Source: Haliotis rubra (Eukaryota). From it: DNA of 64,000 nucleotides. This document shows, piece after piece, positions 1 to 13,416 of this stretch. The notes under the pieces are model-generated. The model was not told where the DNA came from. It saw nothing but the letters and a program-made list of their open reading frames with translations, and did no database searches. The DNA is taken from positions 1,178,001-1,242,000 of the forward strand of contig NW_025765336.1 in the NCBI RefSeq assembly GCF_003918875.1. The letters are read 5' to 3'. Every line of letters starts with the position of its first letter. Position 1 is the stretch's first letter. The position numbers were made by a program, and so were the translations under genes.

Positions 1-252
1 CCAACTATCTGGGGTACCGGAACTGGGCTACACGTTCAGTAGATGTACCCAACTATCTGGGGTACGGGAACTGGGCTACACGTTCAGTAGATGTTCCCAA
101 CTATCTGGGGTACGGGAACTGGGCTACACGTTCAGTAGATGTACCCAACTATCTGGGGTACGGGAACTGGGCTACACGTTCAGTAGATGTACCCAACTAT
201 CCGGGGTACGGGAACTGGGCTACACGTTCAGTAGATGTACCCAACTATCTGG
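1..252. repeat. Minisatellite, 48-bp unit, ~5 copies (runs off left edge)
   Basis: ccaactatctggggtacgggaactgggctacacgttcagtagatgtac repeated. Confidence 0.95.
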
Positions 253-448
253 AGTACATTATTTGTAGGGGTACACAACAATCTGGGGTACATGATTTGT
301 AGGGGTACCTGACAATCTGGGGTACGCGACTGGTAGGTGTACATCATCATCTGGGGTACATGGTTTGTAAGGGTGGACAACCAAATGTTGAAGACATTCT
401 TACATAATCCAATCCATAAACGATGATAACTATCTATGAAATAGAGAA

Positions 449-860
449 TACAAGAAGACAAAGTCATCAATATCCCCCACAATGGCAACAAACTCTTCAT
501 GAAAATGTCTACGAGTTATGATTATGTCAAATATTTAGGTGTGTATATAGAAAAGTGGAAGGAGAGTATTGAAAGGTTTTTAAAGTTCTGCTCCAGAAAG
601 GAGCAATATCACCAATTTCAGTCTAAGTCAAACTTGTTGCCATGGAAATGCCAAAAATATTTTATTCAGAATTCCAAAACTACCAAAAGGCACCAGTACA
701 CCACCAGATCTATGTGCCAAGTTTGGTGAAGAAATATTGAAGGGTTTTAGTGTTCTGCTCTGGAAAAGACAAATATGTACGGACGGACAGACGGAAGCAC
801 GCACACACGGACGGAGTCCATTTTAATACCCCCCGCAAAACGTGTTGTGGGGGATAATTA
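449..860 (+). mobile_element. Non-autonomous Helitron/Helentron-like (HINE-type) interspersed repeat
   Basis: Near-identical copy at 12868-13416; 5' AATATCCCCC complementary to 3' GGGGGATAATT, (GGAC)n microsatellite, 3' hairpin. Confidence 0.65.
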
Positions 861-916
861 ATCGTCAGAAGGAACAATGTTGATCTGACCACACATCTTT
901 GAACACAACAACTCAC

Positions 917-999
917 CTGTAGCTAGCCATGTGGGCGGGGTTATTAGGTGGGCGTGGCGTCTCACATGTCTCTGCCTCTAACTGAACCTTATCCAGCAT
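917..999 (-). CDS. BLTP3B: BLTP3/UHRF1BP1-like coding exon 4 (MLDKVQLEAETCETPRPPNNPAHMASY); gene continues beyond left edge
   Basis: CTTCAG acceptor, GTGAGT donor; matches LDKV.ME..TCEEPR.PN. Confidence 0.88.
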
Positions 1000-1084
1000 C
1001 TGAAGAAAGCAAGAAAGCGAGTGAGTGAGAGTGGAGTGAGTGAGTGAGTGAGTGAGTGGGTGGGTGAGTGGGTGGGTTTTGGGT

Positions 1085-1360
1085 GAGTGAGTGAGTGAGT
1101 GAGTTTAGTTTTACTCCGCTCTCACCAATATCCCAGCCATATGGCGGCGGTCTGTAAATAATTGAGTTGGGACCAGACAATCCAGTGATCAACAGCATGA
1201 GAATCGATCTGCGCAATTGGGAACCCATGAAATGTGTCCACCAAGTCAGCGAGCCTGACCACCCGATCCCGTTAGTTGCCTCTTATGACAAGCATAGTCG
1301 CCTTTTGTGGCAAGCATGGGTTGCTGAAGACCTTATTCTATCCTGGATCTTCACGGGTCA
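1085..1360 (-). mobile_element. Retroposon family 2 (no tRNA head; 5' ACCCGTGAAGATCC)
   Basis: Shared sequence with copies at 6450, 16600, 33355, 36024, 48592, 49076, 57020; microsatellite tail. Confidence 0.85.
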
Positions 1361-1368
1361 GCGGGTTT

Positions 1369-1835
1369 AACATCAGTCTGAACATCATGTCTGAACATGT
1401 CTGACATCATGTCTGGGTTGAACATCAGTCTGAACATCATGTCTGAACATCTTGTCTGAACATCATGTCTGAACATCAGTGTCTGAACATCAGTCTCAAC
1501 ATCATGTCTGAACATCAACATCATGTCTGAACATCATGTCTGAACATCAGTCTGAACATGTCTGAACATCAGTCTGAACATCATGTCTGAACATCATGTC
1601 TGAACATGTCTGAACATCATGTCTGAACATCATGTCTGAACATCAGTCTGAACATCATGTCTGAACATCATGTCTGAACATCATGTCTGAACATCATGTC
1701 TGAACATGTCTGAACATCATGTCTGAACATCAGTCTGAACATCATGTCTGAACATCAGTCTGAACATCATGTCTGAACATCAGTCTGAACATCATGTCTG
1801 AACATCATGTCTGAACATCAGTCTGAACATCATCA
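1369..1835. repeat. Minisatellite, 12-13-bp unit (AACATCATGTCTG)
   Basis: Direct inspection. Confidence 0.95.
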
Positions 1836-2027
1836 TGGTGTGTCAGCTACAAGTGGAGGATAGTCATTGATGTTTGCTACTTTGATAAGTGTCAAGATTT
1901 TTGTCATGACCCAAACTTGGCATGTTGTTATGATTAACCTTGATATCTACATGGGATTTGTACTTCCATCAAACGACAGATTCTGTTAACTAATCACATT
2001 TGTTTTATGTTCATTGTAGACCAGTAA

Positions 2028-2190
2028 GAGTGAGTGAGTGAGTTTAGTTTTATGCCGCTTTTAGCCATATTCCAGCAATATCACGGCGGGGTACAGCAGA
2101 AATTGGCTTCACACATTGTGCCCACGTAGTGAACCCCTCTTTGGCATGACAAGCCAAAGCCTTAACCTGACTAGGCTACCCCATCGCCCC
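2028..2190 (-). mobile_element. tRNA-derived SINE family 1
   Basis: Matches family consensus ggggcggtggggtagcctagtggttaaagcg..ggttcgattcc..gctggaatattgctaaaagcggcgtaaaac+(CACT)n. Confidence 0.8.
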
Positions 2191-2230
2191 GAAGACCAGA
2201 AAGAATCTGCAACCAGTATCAGATACTTAC

Positions 2231-2269
2231 CAAATATATGGGCTGTGATTTTAACTTTGTCCATTGTAT
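2231..2269 (-). CDS. BLTP3B: BLTP3/UHRF1BP1-like coding exon 3 (IQWTKLKSQPIYL)
   Basis: TTGCAG acceptor, GTAAGT donor, 39 nt, phase 0/0; matches IPWTKLKTHPICL. Confidence 0.9.
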
Positions 2270-2372
2270 CTGCAACAGAGGATACACAACAGCTGAATTG
2301 ACTGACACAAACACTGATCCGAACTTTCTTTGAAATACTGATTAGTTACTGCTTTAATAATATTTTGTTTGC

Positions 2373-2713
2373 GAGGTGAAATTGGGTTTTACGTCGTGCT
2401 TGAGAATATTTCGCTCATATGACAACGTGCAGGCGTGTGTATGTGTATGTGTGGCTGCTTGTACTAGCCCAGACTTAAGCTGGTTTTATAGTGCTAGCCC
2501 ACTGAGATATCATGCCGCAGTGAAGCATGAATACCCAACATTATACTGACTCCGAGCCGACCAATCCTTGTTGTACCCATTAATGCCGAGCGCCAAGCAG
2601 GGACCAACAAGTACCATATTTTAACGTCTTTTGGTATGACGCGGTCGGGGATCAAACCCGTGACCTTCCGCTCTCCAGGCGGACGCTCTAACCACTACAC
2701 CACGGAGGCGGTC
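2373..2713 (-). mobile_element. tRNA-derived SINE family 3 (RUDI/MetaSINE-like), full length
   Basis: Reverse complement of 17102-17458; A and B boxes. Confidence 0.85.
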
Positions 2714-3456
2714 TATTTTGTTTGTTGTTTAACACAACACACAGCAATATTTCAGCTATATGGCAGCAATGTGTACATCTGGCGGAGTATAGACCAGACA
2801 ATCCAATGATTGATGTCATGAACGTCAATCTATGCAATTGGGAAATTGATGATAAGTGTCAAGCAAGTCAACAATCCTGACAACCCGATCCCGTTAGTCG
2901 CCTCTTAGTCGCCTCTTACAGCATATTTTCCTTTGGGTATGCCGTGTAAACTGTTGATTGATATTTCAGGAGTATAATTGTAGTCTGTAAGTAATAAAGA
3001 AAGTCTAGTGATTAACATCATGAGCATCGATCTAAACACCAAGTGAAACTAACAAGAAATGAATATTTGATGGGGATGAACATGATACCGGTATAAAACT
3101 TATGTTTTGGACCTTAAGATTGCTGTGTATCGATGGGTGANNNNNNNNNNNNNNNNNNNNNNNNNNNNNNNNNNNNNNNNNNNNNNNNNNNNNNNNNNNN
3201 NNNNNNNNNNNNNNNNNNNNNNNNNNNNNNNNNNNNNNNNNNNNNNNNNNNNNNNNNNNNNNNNNNNNNNNNNNNNNNNNNNNNNNNNNNNNNNNNNNNN
3301 NNNNTGGTTTTGCACTGCTTTTAGCAATATTCCAGCAATATCATGGCAGCGGACCCAAGAAATCAGGACTTCACACATTGCATCTATGGAATTGAACCAC
3401 TAGGCTACCAAACAGCCTGACAGCCATCTGGAGCGCTGGCTCCCAATTCTATGACA

Positions 3457-3622
3457 GTGAGTGGGTGAGTATGGTTTTACGCAACTTTTAGCAATATTCC
3501 AGCAATATCACAGCAGGGGACACCAAAAATAGGCTTCCCACATTGTACCCATGTGGGGAATCGAACCCAGGTCTTCAGCGTGACGAGCGAGCGCTTTAAC
3601 CACTAGGCTACCCCACCGCCCC
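3457..3622 (-). mobile_element. SINE family 1
   Basis: Family consensus match. Confidence 0.85.
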
Positions 3623-3954
3623 TAAGGCTATGACTAGTAGTCTATGGTGAAGAGAATGAGTTAAGATAGTCACAGCACTATGATTGCTTTGTGAAACAGG
3701 ATCCTGGACTGACATACAAATTAATTCTTCTTATCTCACTAAAGGTAAGGATAACATATGTTGCAGGATGATTCATTGGGCATGTTAGCATCACCTGATT
3801 GTAATCACACAGTTCCCGGCTAGTACTGGTACAATTGCCAGCTTCTGCAACTTTATCCTATGAGATGCAGCTGACGCTAGCTTGAACTGATTCACTGATA
3901 CACAGGTGAACCCTGATATCATAGCCAGTGTCACCATAGACATTTACCAGGGTC

Positions 3955-4111
3955 TGAGTGAGTGAGTGAGTGAGTGAGTGAGTGAGTGAGTGTGAGTGAG
4001 AGTGAGTGAGTGAGTGAGAAGTGAGTGAGTGAGTGAGTGAGTGAGTGAGTGAGTGAGTGAGTGAGTGAGTGAGTGAGTGAGTGAGTGAGTGAGTGAGTGA
4101 GTGAGTGAGTG
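3955..4111. repeat. (GAGT)n microsatellite
   Basis: Direct inspection. Confidence 0.97.
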
Positions 4112-4530
4112 TCTTCAACTATGGACATATCAACATATGCCTGATTGTCCGATTTAACAGGATCAGTCTGTCATACAGACCCTGAAACAAATATACCCAA
4201 TACAGCAAGTCTAGAATATGTAGCAAGTCTAGATTACCGCAGTTTCAGGAAAAAGAACAAAGACCCTGATCTTCTGTTTATTATATTTTACGGAGAGGAG
4301 ACAGATAGGAGCAAGATAGGGATGCTGTTGTCCATGTATTTGAGTGAGTGAGTAAATGTTGCTATACTGAACAGTAACACAATCTTTGCCTGCAGTGCAC
4401 TCCTTCAGGCAAGAAGAAACAAGACATCAACAGTTTCAGGTGCAAGCAGAACAAAGTGAGTTTCCCCGTGAAGGACGACTCTACCGGCCCCTGCTGACGT
4501 GAACTAAAGGAGGCGTGGCTACAAGCTGAC

Positions 4531-4693
4531 CTTGATGGACACCCTGTTGCACGATGCCCGCGAGATCTTGAGCCATGTGGGGAGGTCCAGCAGCTCGGTG
4601 ATGATGTCCTCATCCAGCTCCAAGTTACACAGCTCACCTTCACCCTTCAGCGTGCTCAGGCTGATCTTGTCTGTTGACAGGTTCTTACAGAAT
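4531..4693 (-). CDS. BLTP3B: BLTP3/UHRF1BP1-like coding exon 2 (FCKNLSTDKISLSTLKGEGELCNLELDEDIITELLDLPTWLKISRASCNRVSIK; chorein-N region)
   Basis: TTTCAG acceptor, GTCAGC donor, 163 nt, phases 2/0 fit exons 1 and 3. Strong match to FTKNLSPDKINLSTLKGEGEL..LDLPTWL. Confidence 0.93.
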
Positions 4694-4857
4694 CTGAAAC
4701 AAGTCCAAACTTGAGTGAGTGATGTCTAAAGCCCCTTATTATTTACTGAGTGCATGTAATCCCAAATATAACATGTTGCATTTGACCACTTTCTAAATGG
4801 CATTGTGTATTCATAATATGAGACTGCCTGAAACCCTAAATGGGCTTCAAGCATTGT

Positions 4858-5655
4858 ACCCATGTAGGATAAATCACAACCCATGTGGGATAAATCACAA
4901 CCCGTGTGGGATAAATCACAACCCATGTGGGATAAGGTTGTGGGATAAATCACAACCCATGTGGGATAAGGTTGTGGGATAAATCACAACCCATGTGGGA
5001 TAAATCACAACCTGTGTGGGATAAATCACAACCCATGTGGGATAAGGTTGTGGGATAAATCACAACCCATGTGGGATAAGGTTGTGGGATAAATCACAAC
5101 CTGTGTGGGATAAATCACAACCCATGTGAGATAAGGTTGTGGGATAAATTGTGGGATAAATCACAACCCATGTGGGATAAATCAACCTGTGTGGGATAAA
5201 TCACCCATGTGGGATAAGGTTGTGGGATAAATCACAACCCATGTGGGATAAGGTTGTGGGATAAATCACAACCCATGTGGGATAAGGTTGTGGGATAAAT
5301 CACAACCCATGTGGGATAAATCACAACCCATGTGGGTGGGATAAATCATGTGAGATAAATCACAACCCATGTGGGATAAATCACAACCTGTGGGATAAAT
5401 CACTTATGTGGATAAATCACAAACCCATGTGGGATAAATCACAACCCATGTGGGATAAAACCCATGTGAGATAAATCACAACCCGCGGTGGGATAAATCA
5501 CAACTATTTATATGGGATAATCACAACCCATATGGGATAAATCACAACCGTGTGGGATAAATCACAACTCATATGGGATAAATCACAACCCATGTGGGAT
5601 AAATCACAACCTGTGTGGGATAATCACAACCCATATGGGATAAATCACAACCCCG
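4858..5655. repeat. Minisatellite, 21-bp unit (ACAACCCATGTGGGATAAATC) with 13-bp variant spacers
   Basis: Direct inspection; contiguous with a SINE family 1 fragment at 4838-4865. Confidence 0.95.
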
Positions 5656-6449
5656 TGTGCGAGAAATCTGTGATTGAAAAACAGTTTAAAGTATTTTAAA
5701 ATATTACGTTGAAATAAGTGCAAGAACATACATGTATCTGAAATCAACCTTGTCCATTTCAAATTTTGTTGGTCTCTTGTCCAAGAACTCCTGTAGCTAA
5801 TGGTAACACAAGAATTTGAATTGGTCTGGCCAACTGATATTACCATGATTATGCACCTATTAAACTGGACAGTATTGTTCAGAAGTGACTGCATACAGGC
5901 GAATGAAGGGAGGCACACATCTCACACAAATCATCGTCACAGCTCAGTAACAGCAAACAATAAATTAGTCATAAAATAAACAACTGATTACATGTCAGTG
6001 TTAGAGATGAGATCCTACTCAGGGTACTGATCTTTGGTAATGGCAAGTTAACAGGCTTCTTGTCCAATGAAAACATTTCACTGGCCATGGACAGACTCAA
6101 GATAACAGGTTGGTGAACCTGCAGTAATTCTACCCTCATGAGATGGAAAGTTCTGCTGGAAGTCTGGGAAGGTAGAGAATGAAGTTAGGCCAAGGTAACA
6201 CATACATATTGCCAGTGACTCCGTGGTTAACATTTTGGTTGCATTTGTCTCCATACACTAAATGTTTTTAGCCATACTCACGTTTAGCAATATTCTGGCA
6301 ATAAGCATTACACACACACCCCCACCCCACCCCCTCCGTTAGAAATACATACAATACATAATAACCAGCAGAGTCCCCTTCCCCAGGGTCATTGAGGCGA
6401 GAGTGAACATGGAAGTAGGTCATTGTAAGTGGCGATATCTGTCGATTGC

Positions 6450-6688
6450 ACCCGTGAAGCTCCGGGTTAGAATTGGTGTTCAGTAACCCATGCTTGTCTT
6501 AGGAGGGGACGAACGGGATTGGATGGTAAGGCTCACTGACTTGGCTGACTCATGTCATTGTATCCCATTTGCAATTGTGATGTTGATCACTAGATTGTCT
6601 TGTCCAGACTTGATTATTTACATACAGCCGCCATATGGCTGGAATATTGCAGACTGCGGCGTTAAACAACAAACCAACCAACCCAACC
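6450..6688 (+). mobile_element. Retroposon family 2
   Basis: ACCCGTGAAG start, shared tail, (CCAA)n. Confidence 0.8.
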
Positions 6689-7503
6689 TGTTGATTGACC
6701 ACTGCTTTGTGTGGTGTTTAACCTCTTCCTAATTACAGTGTTCACGAATGGTGTTTCAAAGTACCAGGACATTGGGTCCTGTAAGTTTCAGATGTCTGTC
6801 TGACCCATTTGAAAATTCACAGGACCCATAGAATAAATTAAAACACATTTCAGATTTAACATTTCTTATAATTGGCATTGAAATTATTAACAAACATAAG
6901 ATTTATAAACAGCAAACAAGTGTCACATGTCACATATAACAACTTCAGTCAAAGTCATTGTGAAATATACAGTCAGACACTGGGGCCGGCGGGTTGAACA
7001 CTTCTATCGGACTGTTGGCAAATCAGCCGGATTTGTCAGAGGGTCTGACGCTATTCGTGAACACTGTAATTAGCACAACCTACCCCCTTCCCTCAACTTC
7101 TAATCCCATTCCCATGCACCCCTTCTGGATTGTTATTAAATACGTCAAATACAGGATCAGAGGATTCCCACCTCATCCCACCAGGTACCCATTCACTGCA
7201 GGGTGAACAAAGCATCCTTCAAACAAAGTCTCTCATGTAAAGAAACGCCACATGTGCCACACAGTGTCTGGGCTGCCTTAAAATCTCTTAGGAGTCCAGC
7301 TGCCAAACATCCACCCCAATACTCTCTTTGACCAACATTGTTACCATTTGTAGACTGGGATTGCACACAAGACCACATGGCACATGTTAGAAAGCTGGAT
7401 GTACATAAACAAGAGCGACAAGAGGCAATTTCAGCTGATCTTGCTATTTTCAGGTCATTGAAACAATAATGATGCTATTCATTAGTACTTAGCTTTCGAT
7501 TCA

Positions 7504-7780
7504 GGTGAGGGTGAGGTGAAATTGGGTTTAACGTCGCGCTGGAGAATATTTCGCTCATATGACGACGTGCATGCGTGTGTATGTGTATGTGTGGCTGCTT
7601 GTACTAGCCCAGACTTAAGCTGGTTTTATAGTGCTAGCCCACTGAGATACCATGCCGCAGTGAAGCATAAATACCCCACTCAGACACATTATACTGACTC
7701 CGAGCCGACCAGTCCTTGTTGTGCCCATTAATGCCGAGAGCCAGGCAGGGACCAACAAGTACCATATTTTAACGTCTTTT
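7504..7780 (-). mobile_element. SINE family 3, 5'-truncated
   Basis: Family match; flanking direct repeat ctttcgattcag/ttttcgattcag. Confidence 0.85.
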
Positions 7781-8986
7781 CGATTCAGACTGTGACAATA
7801 GCTGATAGTTCAACACAAATTATGTGTAAGTATTGGTTAATTATCTCTGTCAGATTGCTGCATTGACCATGCCAGCTGTTACTATATTGTAGCTGCAACA
7901 CTGCTGGCCTTCAATCTATATTTACTCACTCACTCTATGACAATACCTTAACAATGTCAATGATGGACTGAAGTTGAGTATCTGTATGTTCACTGTGTAG
8001 ACACTACGTATACTCATGTGACCAGTCACGTGACTGTGTCATGTGACTGTGTAGCAACAGGGGTCGCCACCTTCAGTCTGTTTCAAATATATTATGTAAT
8101 TGTTATTTGAAACTTAAATAAATTTTTGTAAAATATATATATATATATATTTTGTGTTATGACTCATCACAAATGAGGTAGGTTTCACTAAAACATACAC
8201 AGCCTATTTTCAACGCCTAAAGGCGCTATGACTGTCATAGTGAGTAAGTGAATATTAGTTTTACGCCGCTTTTAGCAACATTTCATCAATATCATGGCAA
8301 GGGACACTAAAATAGGCTTCACATATTGTACCCATGTAGGGAATCGCACCTGGGTCTTCGGTGTGATGACTATTAGGCTACCCCACTGAGTGAGTGAGTG
8401 CGTGAGAGTATGGTTTTACACCGCTTTTGGGCTTTAATGGGTACACATTGTACCCATGTGGGGAATTGAAACCCGGGTCTTCAGCATGACGAGCGAACGC
8501 TTTAACCATTAGGCTGCCCCACCGCCCCCACATAAACCCTCAAGCAGCATACTTGGCTAACAGTAGTACAATACTGTAATCAACACCAAAACTCTCGTAT
8601 AGAAGAACATCAATCAGTCTTAAGCCAGGGGCCACCATCACCAATAGTACTAAGACGCTATATTGTCTGTGAGGACTGTCTTCAGCACTATTCCCTGGGG
8701 TCGAACCATCCATTTCTGACCCGTCCAATGAGATCTTAAAAGATGGATGCTTTCATCTGTTGTACTATGGATGTAAGTACACACTGTTGTGTATACTTTG
8801 TGAGACAATTAAAACACTCTTTTGTTACCTATGTTGTTCTTATATCACACTGAATCAGCCTGTTAATTCACTAGTATACTTCCTTTAAAGATCTGAGTAG
8901 GAATTCGTCTTCACAAACACATGAATGATGTTAGGGGTGACAAAGAGGATTCCATCCTTGATGCATGCACTGCATGCCCACTGTGT

Positions 8987-9225
8987 CAGGGGTGGAAATA
9001 ACTTTAAAATTGCTAGTGTACTCCGGTACAGTGGCACATGTAAAATCACTTGCCCTGATAATTATTCCACTATACCGGCCGTTTTGTTGTTGATTTTTAA
9101 ATAAACAACATAATTAACATTGGAATATCAACTGGACACCGGTACAGTGTGATATACAAATTTGCTTGCCCGACAGAAAAAAACACTAGACTCAGGCGTC
9201 GGGCAATGGGTTATTTCCATCCCTG
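8987..9225. mobile_element. MITE with CAGGGGTGGAAATAAC TIRs and 5-bp TSD (TGTGT)
   Basis: TIRs and TSD read directly; inverted copy at 19897-20137. Confidence 0.85.
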
Positions 9226-10432
9226 TGTGTAGATAGCTGATAACGACAGATGCCATGATACATCGATGCATCGATACTTTTTGTAAGACAATACAATTAT
9301 CGATACATTCAAAACTGTATGGATATTTAGTTTTGAAAGTATCGGTTTAAATATATTTATGTATCGTTTACATTTTGCAATTGTATACGTTTTTTGATGT
9401 TATGAGAGTCATAAATGACTATTTTTCATGCACAAAGATGGGAAATTAGAACTTTTTAATCTCTGAGAATAAAAAATGTTGATATTTTCATGGACAATTA
9501 TAACATATGAAATATTAATGTTCAAAATATAACTAAATTTACGCTATAATGCCACGAAAATAGGTATCGTGATACATATCCAATCGTGACATGGACATCA
9601 TGATACGTATCAATTCATAAAACTTCAGTATCGTGACATCCCTACTCATAATGTCAATCACTGGATTTCTTGATCCGGGCTGGAATCCTTACAGCCAGTC
9701 ATGCAGCAGGAATATTGCTAAGCACAGTGTGAAACAATTCCTGCTTTTGATTATTGCTTCTTAATAATGCACATTCGCAAGCAACTCCTAATTAATTGGG
9801 TTGAGGTGAGTTTCATGCAAACTTGTAACTCAATATGCAACATTCTTGAATTAAGGGTACCGTACCCAATCAGTCATACGTTCTATCCACTTCATATTAA
9901 AGTTTACCACAATTCAAATTTACTAGCCTCACATCCACCAACCTATTAAATATTTCTCTTCAAGGGTACCCATTGGTGGGCAATGTTCCTGTGGGCAAAG
10001 TTCCGTACAACCCCATTGAAGGTCTCTGGGTACAAAATGTCTAATTGTTCAGTTACATAACTGTCATTATACAATAAATATCACATGACTATGCGTCTCG
10101 GCATTCCCGTGGTTACCTGGGTCCCAGTTACCATCCCCGCCAGACAACAAGCACTTGGTACAAAACCTCAAACCTGGAACCGCCATGCATGGAGCATTGG
10201 AAACACACGGTGTGTTTCAGGTTGGTTTTCAGTATTTGCACCGAGTGCAGCCTGGCATATAGGTTTCGCTGCACCATCAAAATTTTGGTTGCACCACAAA
10301 ATAATATCACTGGTTCTAAAACATAACATAAATACTTGTTTAGCAATTTTCATAACAAGTGCTCAGAACAGAGCCATTCAACAGAACCAGATCCCATCAT
10401 CCCATCCAATTTTGCATTACCTTTATTAATAA

Positions 10433-10819
10433 TAGGGGTGGGTATTGCAGAGAATTTCATATTGCGATATATTGTGATGCGAAAGCATGTATTGCGATAT
10501 GTATTGCAATATATTGCATGAAGTTTTTTTAAACAAAAAACTACTTATAATCGAGTTAATGCTTGATTTATAGAGCAAAAACACAACAAAATCACTAGGC
10601 TTGATTAAGCTTTAATAACAACTTTTAATCATGATACAATAACAATGTGAATAATATTTGGCACAAATGAAAGAAGGACATATCTGAAGATTTCCGAGTG
10701 TTACGAAGTTTTCCGAATGCAAGTCAAAATACCGGTTTTCGTTTAGCGTATCGCAATACGTATCGTTTTCATGTCTGAACCGGTAAATACCGGTAAACCG
10801 GTTATATTGCGCAGCCCTA
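10433..10819. mobile_element. hAT-type MITE (TAGGG..CCCTA), 8-bp TSD ATTAATAA
   Basis: TIRs, 8-bp TSD, repeated subterminal ATTGCGATA motifs. Confidence 0.85.
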
Positions 10820-10951
10820 ATTAATAAATCTCAATTCTATGATTACTGCTATGTAAATGATGAAGGAGTACACAAATATTTATACTTGTAACAAGTTTTG
10901 TTACTTTCAGTCACTTACTTCCCAATTAAAACAAACGATGACATCTATAAG

Positions 10952-11417
10952 CAGGGTATGAAACTCCCAAACATTTCTGCCAGACCACAGGGCTGGTTTG
11001 ATGTAATACTTGGCAGCCCTGACCAAACTGACTGCCTGAGTTTGGTTTTACGCCGCTTTTAGCAATATTCCAGCAATATCACGGCGGGGGACACCTGAGA
11101 AATGGGCTTCACTTATTGTACCCATGTGGGGATTCGAACCCGGGTCTTCGGTGTGACGAGCCAACACTTTAACCACTAGACTACCCCACCGCCCCGCCCT
11201 GACCAAAACTTACCTACCCACAAAAATACTAATTTACTTATTTACTTCATTTTTATGAGTGAATTAATAATGATTTTTATCCTGAAATATGATGAATATC
11301 TCCATATAAATGTCTATATTTTAACCCGACCGTCAGGCAGGTGAATTTGAGAATCTGGCAGTCCGTGTTGAAAATAACCCGTCCCAGGCCGTCGGGCAGC
11401 AGGTATTTCGAACGCTG
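10952..11417. mobile_element. MITE (CAG..CTG ends, TSD CTATAAG) carrying a nested SINE family 1 copy (~11028-11195, minus)
   Basis: CTATAAG on both flanks; nested SINE has TSD gccctgaccaaa. Confidence 0.7.
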
Positions 11418-12475
11418 CTATAAGATGTTGGAGGATTTATTGTTATCTGCACTGGGAGCAACCTGTTGCTTATATAAAAGGCAACCTGAACCAGCCAATT
11501 TGAACATGTACTGGTGCACCCTGGAACAGACTCCATTACTTCCCCTCTACTACAAGCATGAGATGAGACTAAATGGAGTTTGACCTATTAAACACAGGAA
11601 CTACAGTATGACATTGATAACCACAATCAACCACCGCTCCATGTCTCAACAGCCTGCTTTGTGTTATCATAAACAAACAACCACTCCTTCAACTCATTGA
11701 AAACTTTCAAAATTCAAAACATTTTTATATCCGGTTTACTGATCTCAAAAGAGATGACAACCTGTGTTTGAATATACGAGGTCAAGGTCGTTTCCATGGC
11801 CTTAAGATAAAACATTAAACTGTGTTGGGCCCAACATAAAACTAGCACAAAACTTCATTGCTTTCCGAATAACAGTAGTATTGGTGTCATTTAACAGGGT
11901 TCAACATGGCTAACAAGATTGTTGCACTTTAGCTTGACGACAAAAAGATTTATTCCAAAAGATTTTACCATTATTCTACTTGAACCATGATGAATAAGTC
12001 TCACTTAACTCACAGAGGATACCTCATATATTGTGAGCAGAAATTCTGACAATCCTATATTGGTGTATATATAATATTGTCAAATTATCAAGAACAATAC
12101 CCAACATAGCTGTCATGTTATACCATAAACAATATTGTTTCAAATATATTGAAGTGTCAATTTGTAAATAAGTGCATGTCCACATAAATATTAAAATTTA
12201 TCAAAGTAAAAATATCTTTCTTTAAAATATATATGTATCAACCAATAGGTAAAATCCTAACCATCCAAGAACAAGACTTAATTTCTGGGCTGAGGCAATC
12301 TAGACCAGCCAAATCATGAGTGGAGTTCAATATCAATTTATACTTTATGGTTTGGGAGACAGACTGTCCTCTACTGTGAACTTTGACAAAATCTCTGATA
12401 CTAAAAACTATTCAAAAGAATTAAAGCAAGCTCTTACAAATAAAACATACCATGGTTCAGTGTTGGAAGAATCAG

Positions 12476-12642
12476 ACTGACTGAGTGAGTTTGGTTTTAC
12501 GCCGCTTTTAGCAATATTCCAGCAACATCGCGGCTGGGGACACCAGAAATGGGCTTCACACATTGTACCCATGTGGGGATTCGAACCCGGGTCTTCGGGG
12601 TGACGAGCCAATGCTTTAGCCACTAGGCTACCCACACGCCGC
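12476..12642 (-). mobile_element. SINE family 1
   Basis: TSD ggaagaatcaga. Confidence 0.88.
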
Positions 12643-12867
12643 GGAAGAATCAGAAGGACCTTCAGACTGACCAATTTAGTGGTTTTGACCTCGAACAAAG
12701 GTGTATCAAAATTTTACCACTTCAATGTCCCACCTTAGGAAGAGATGTTGTTTGGGACTCCACTAAACATATTTTGAATTATCTTTGTGATATAACAACA
12801 TAATAGAATGTATGACCATAGAGGTCATTCTTAATTGAACATTTCATTTACGTTACAACACATACTT

Positions 12868-13416
12868 AACAAGAAGACAAAGTCATCAATATCCCCGCAA
12901 TGGCAAAATACTCTTCATGATTATGTCTACGAGTTATGATTATGTCAAATATTTAGGTGTGTATATAGAAAAGTGGAAGGAGAGTATTGAAAGGTTTTTA
13001 AAGTTCTGCTCCAGAAAGGAGCACTATCACCAATTTCAGTCTATGTCAAACTTGTTGCCATGGAAATGCCAAAAATATTTTATTCAGAAATCCAAAACTA
13101 CCAAAAGGCACCAGTACACCACAATATGTATCTATGTGCCAAGTTTGGTGAAGAAACATTGAACGGTTTTAGAGTTCTGCTCCGGAAAAGAGCACTACCA
13201 CTAATTTCAGTCTAAGTCGAACTTCTTGCCAAAAATATTGTATTCAGAATTCCAAAACTACCAAAAGACACCAGTACACCACCAGATCCTTGTAAGTGCC
13301 AAGTTTGGTGAAGAAATATTGAATGGTTTTAGAGTTCTGCTCCGGAAAAGACAAATGTGCACGGACGGACGACACGCACGCACGGACGGAGTCCATTTTA
13401 ATACTGGGGATAATTA
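12868..13416 (+). mobile_element. Second copy of the HINE-type element, with the internal core repeat duplicated
   Basis: Same sequence as 449-860; block ttctgctcc..accaaaag..gccaagtttggtgaagaaa occurs twice. Confidence 0.65.

Noticed and set aside
499-729. Duplicated short ORF (also 12917-13162)
   Set aside because: Part of a non-autonomous interspersed repeat, not a gene family.
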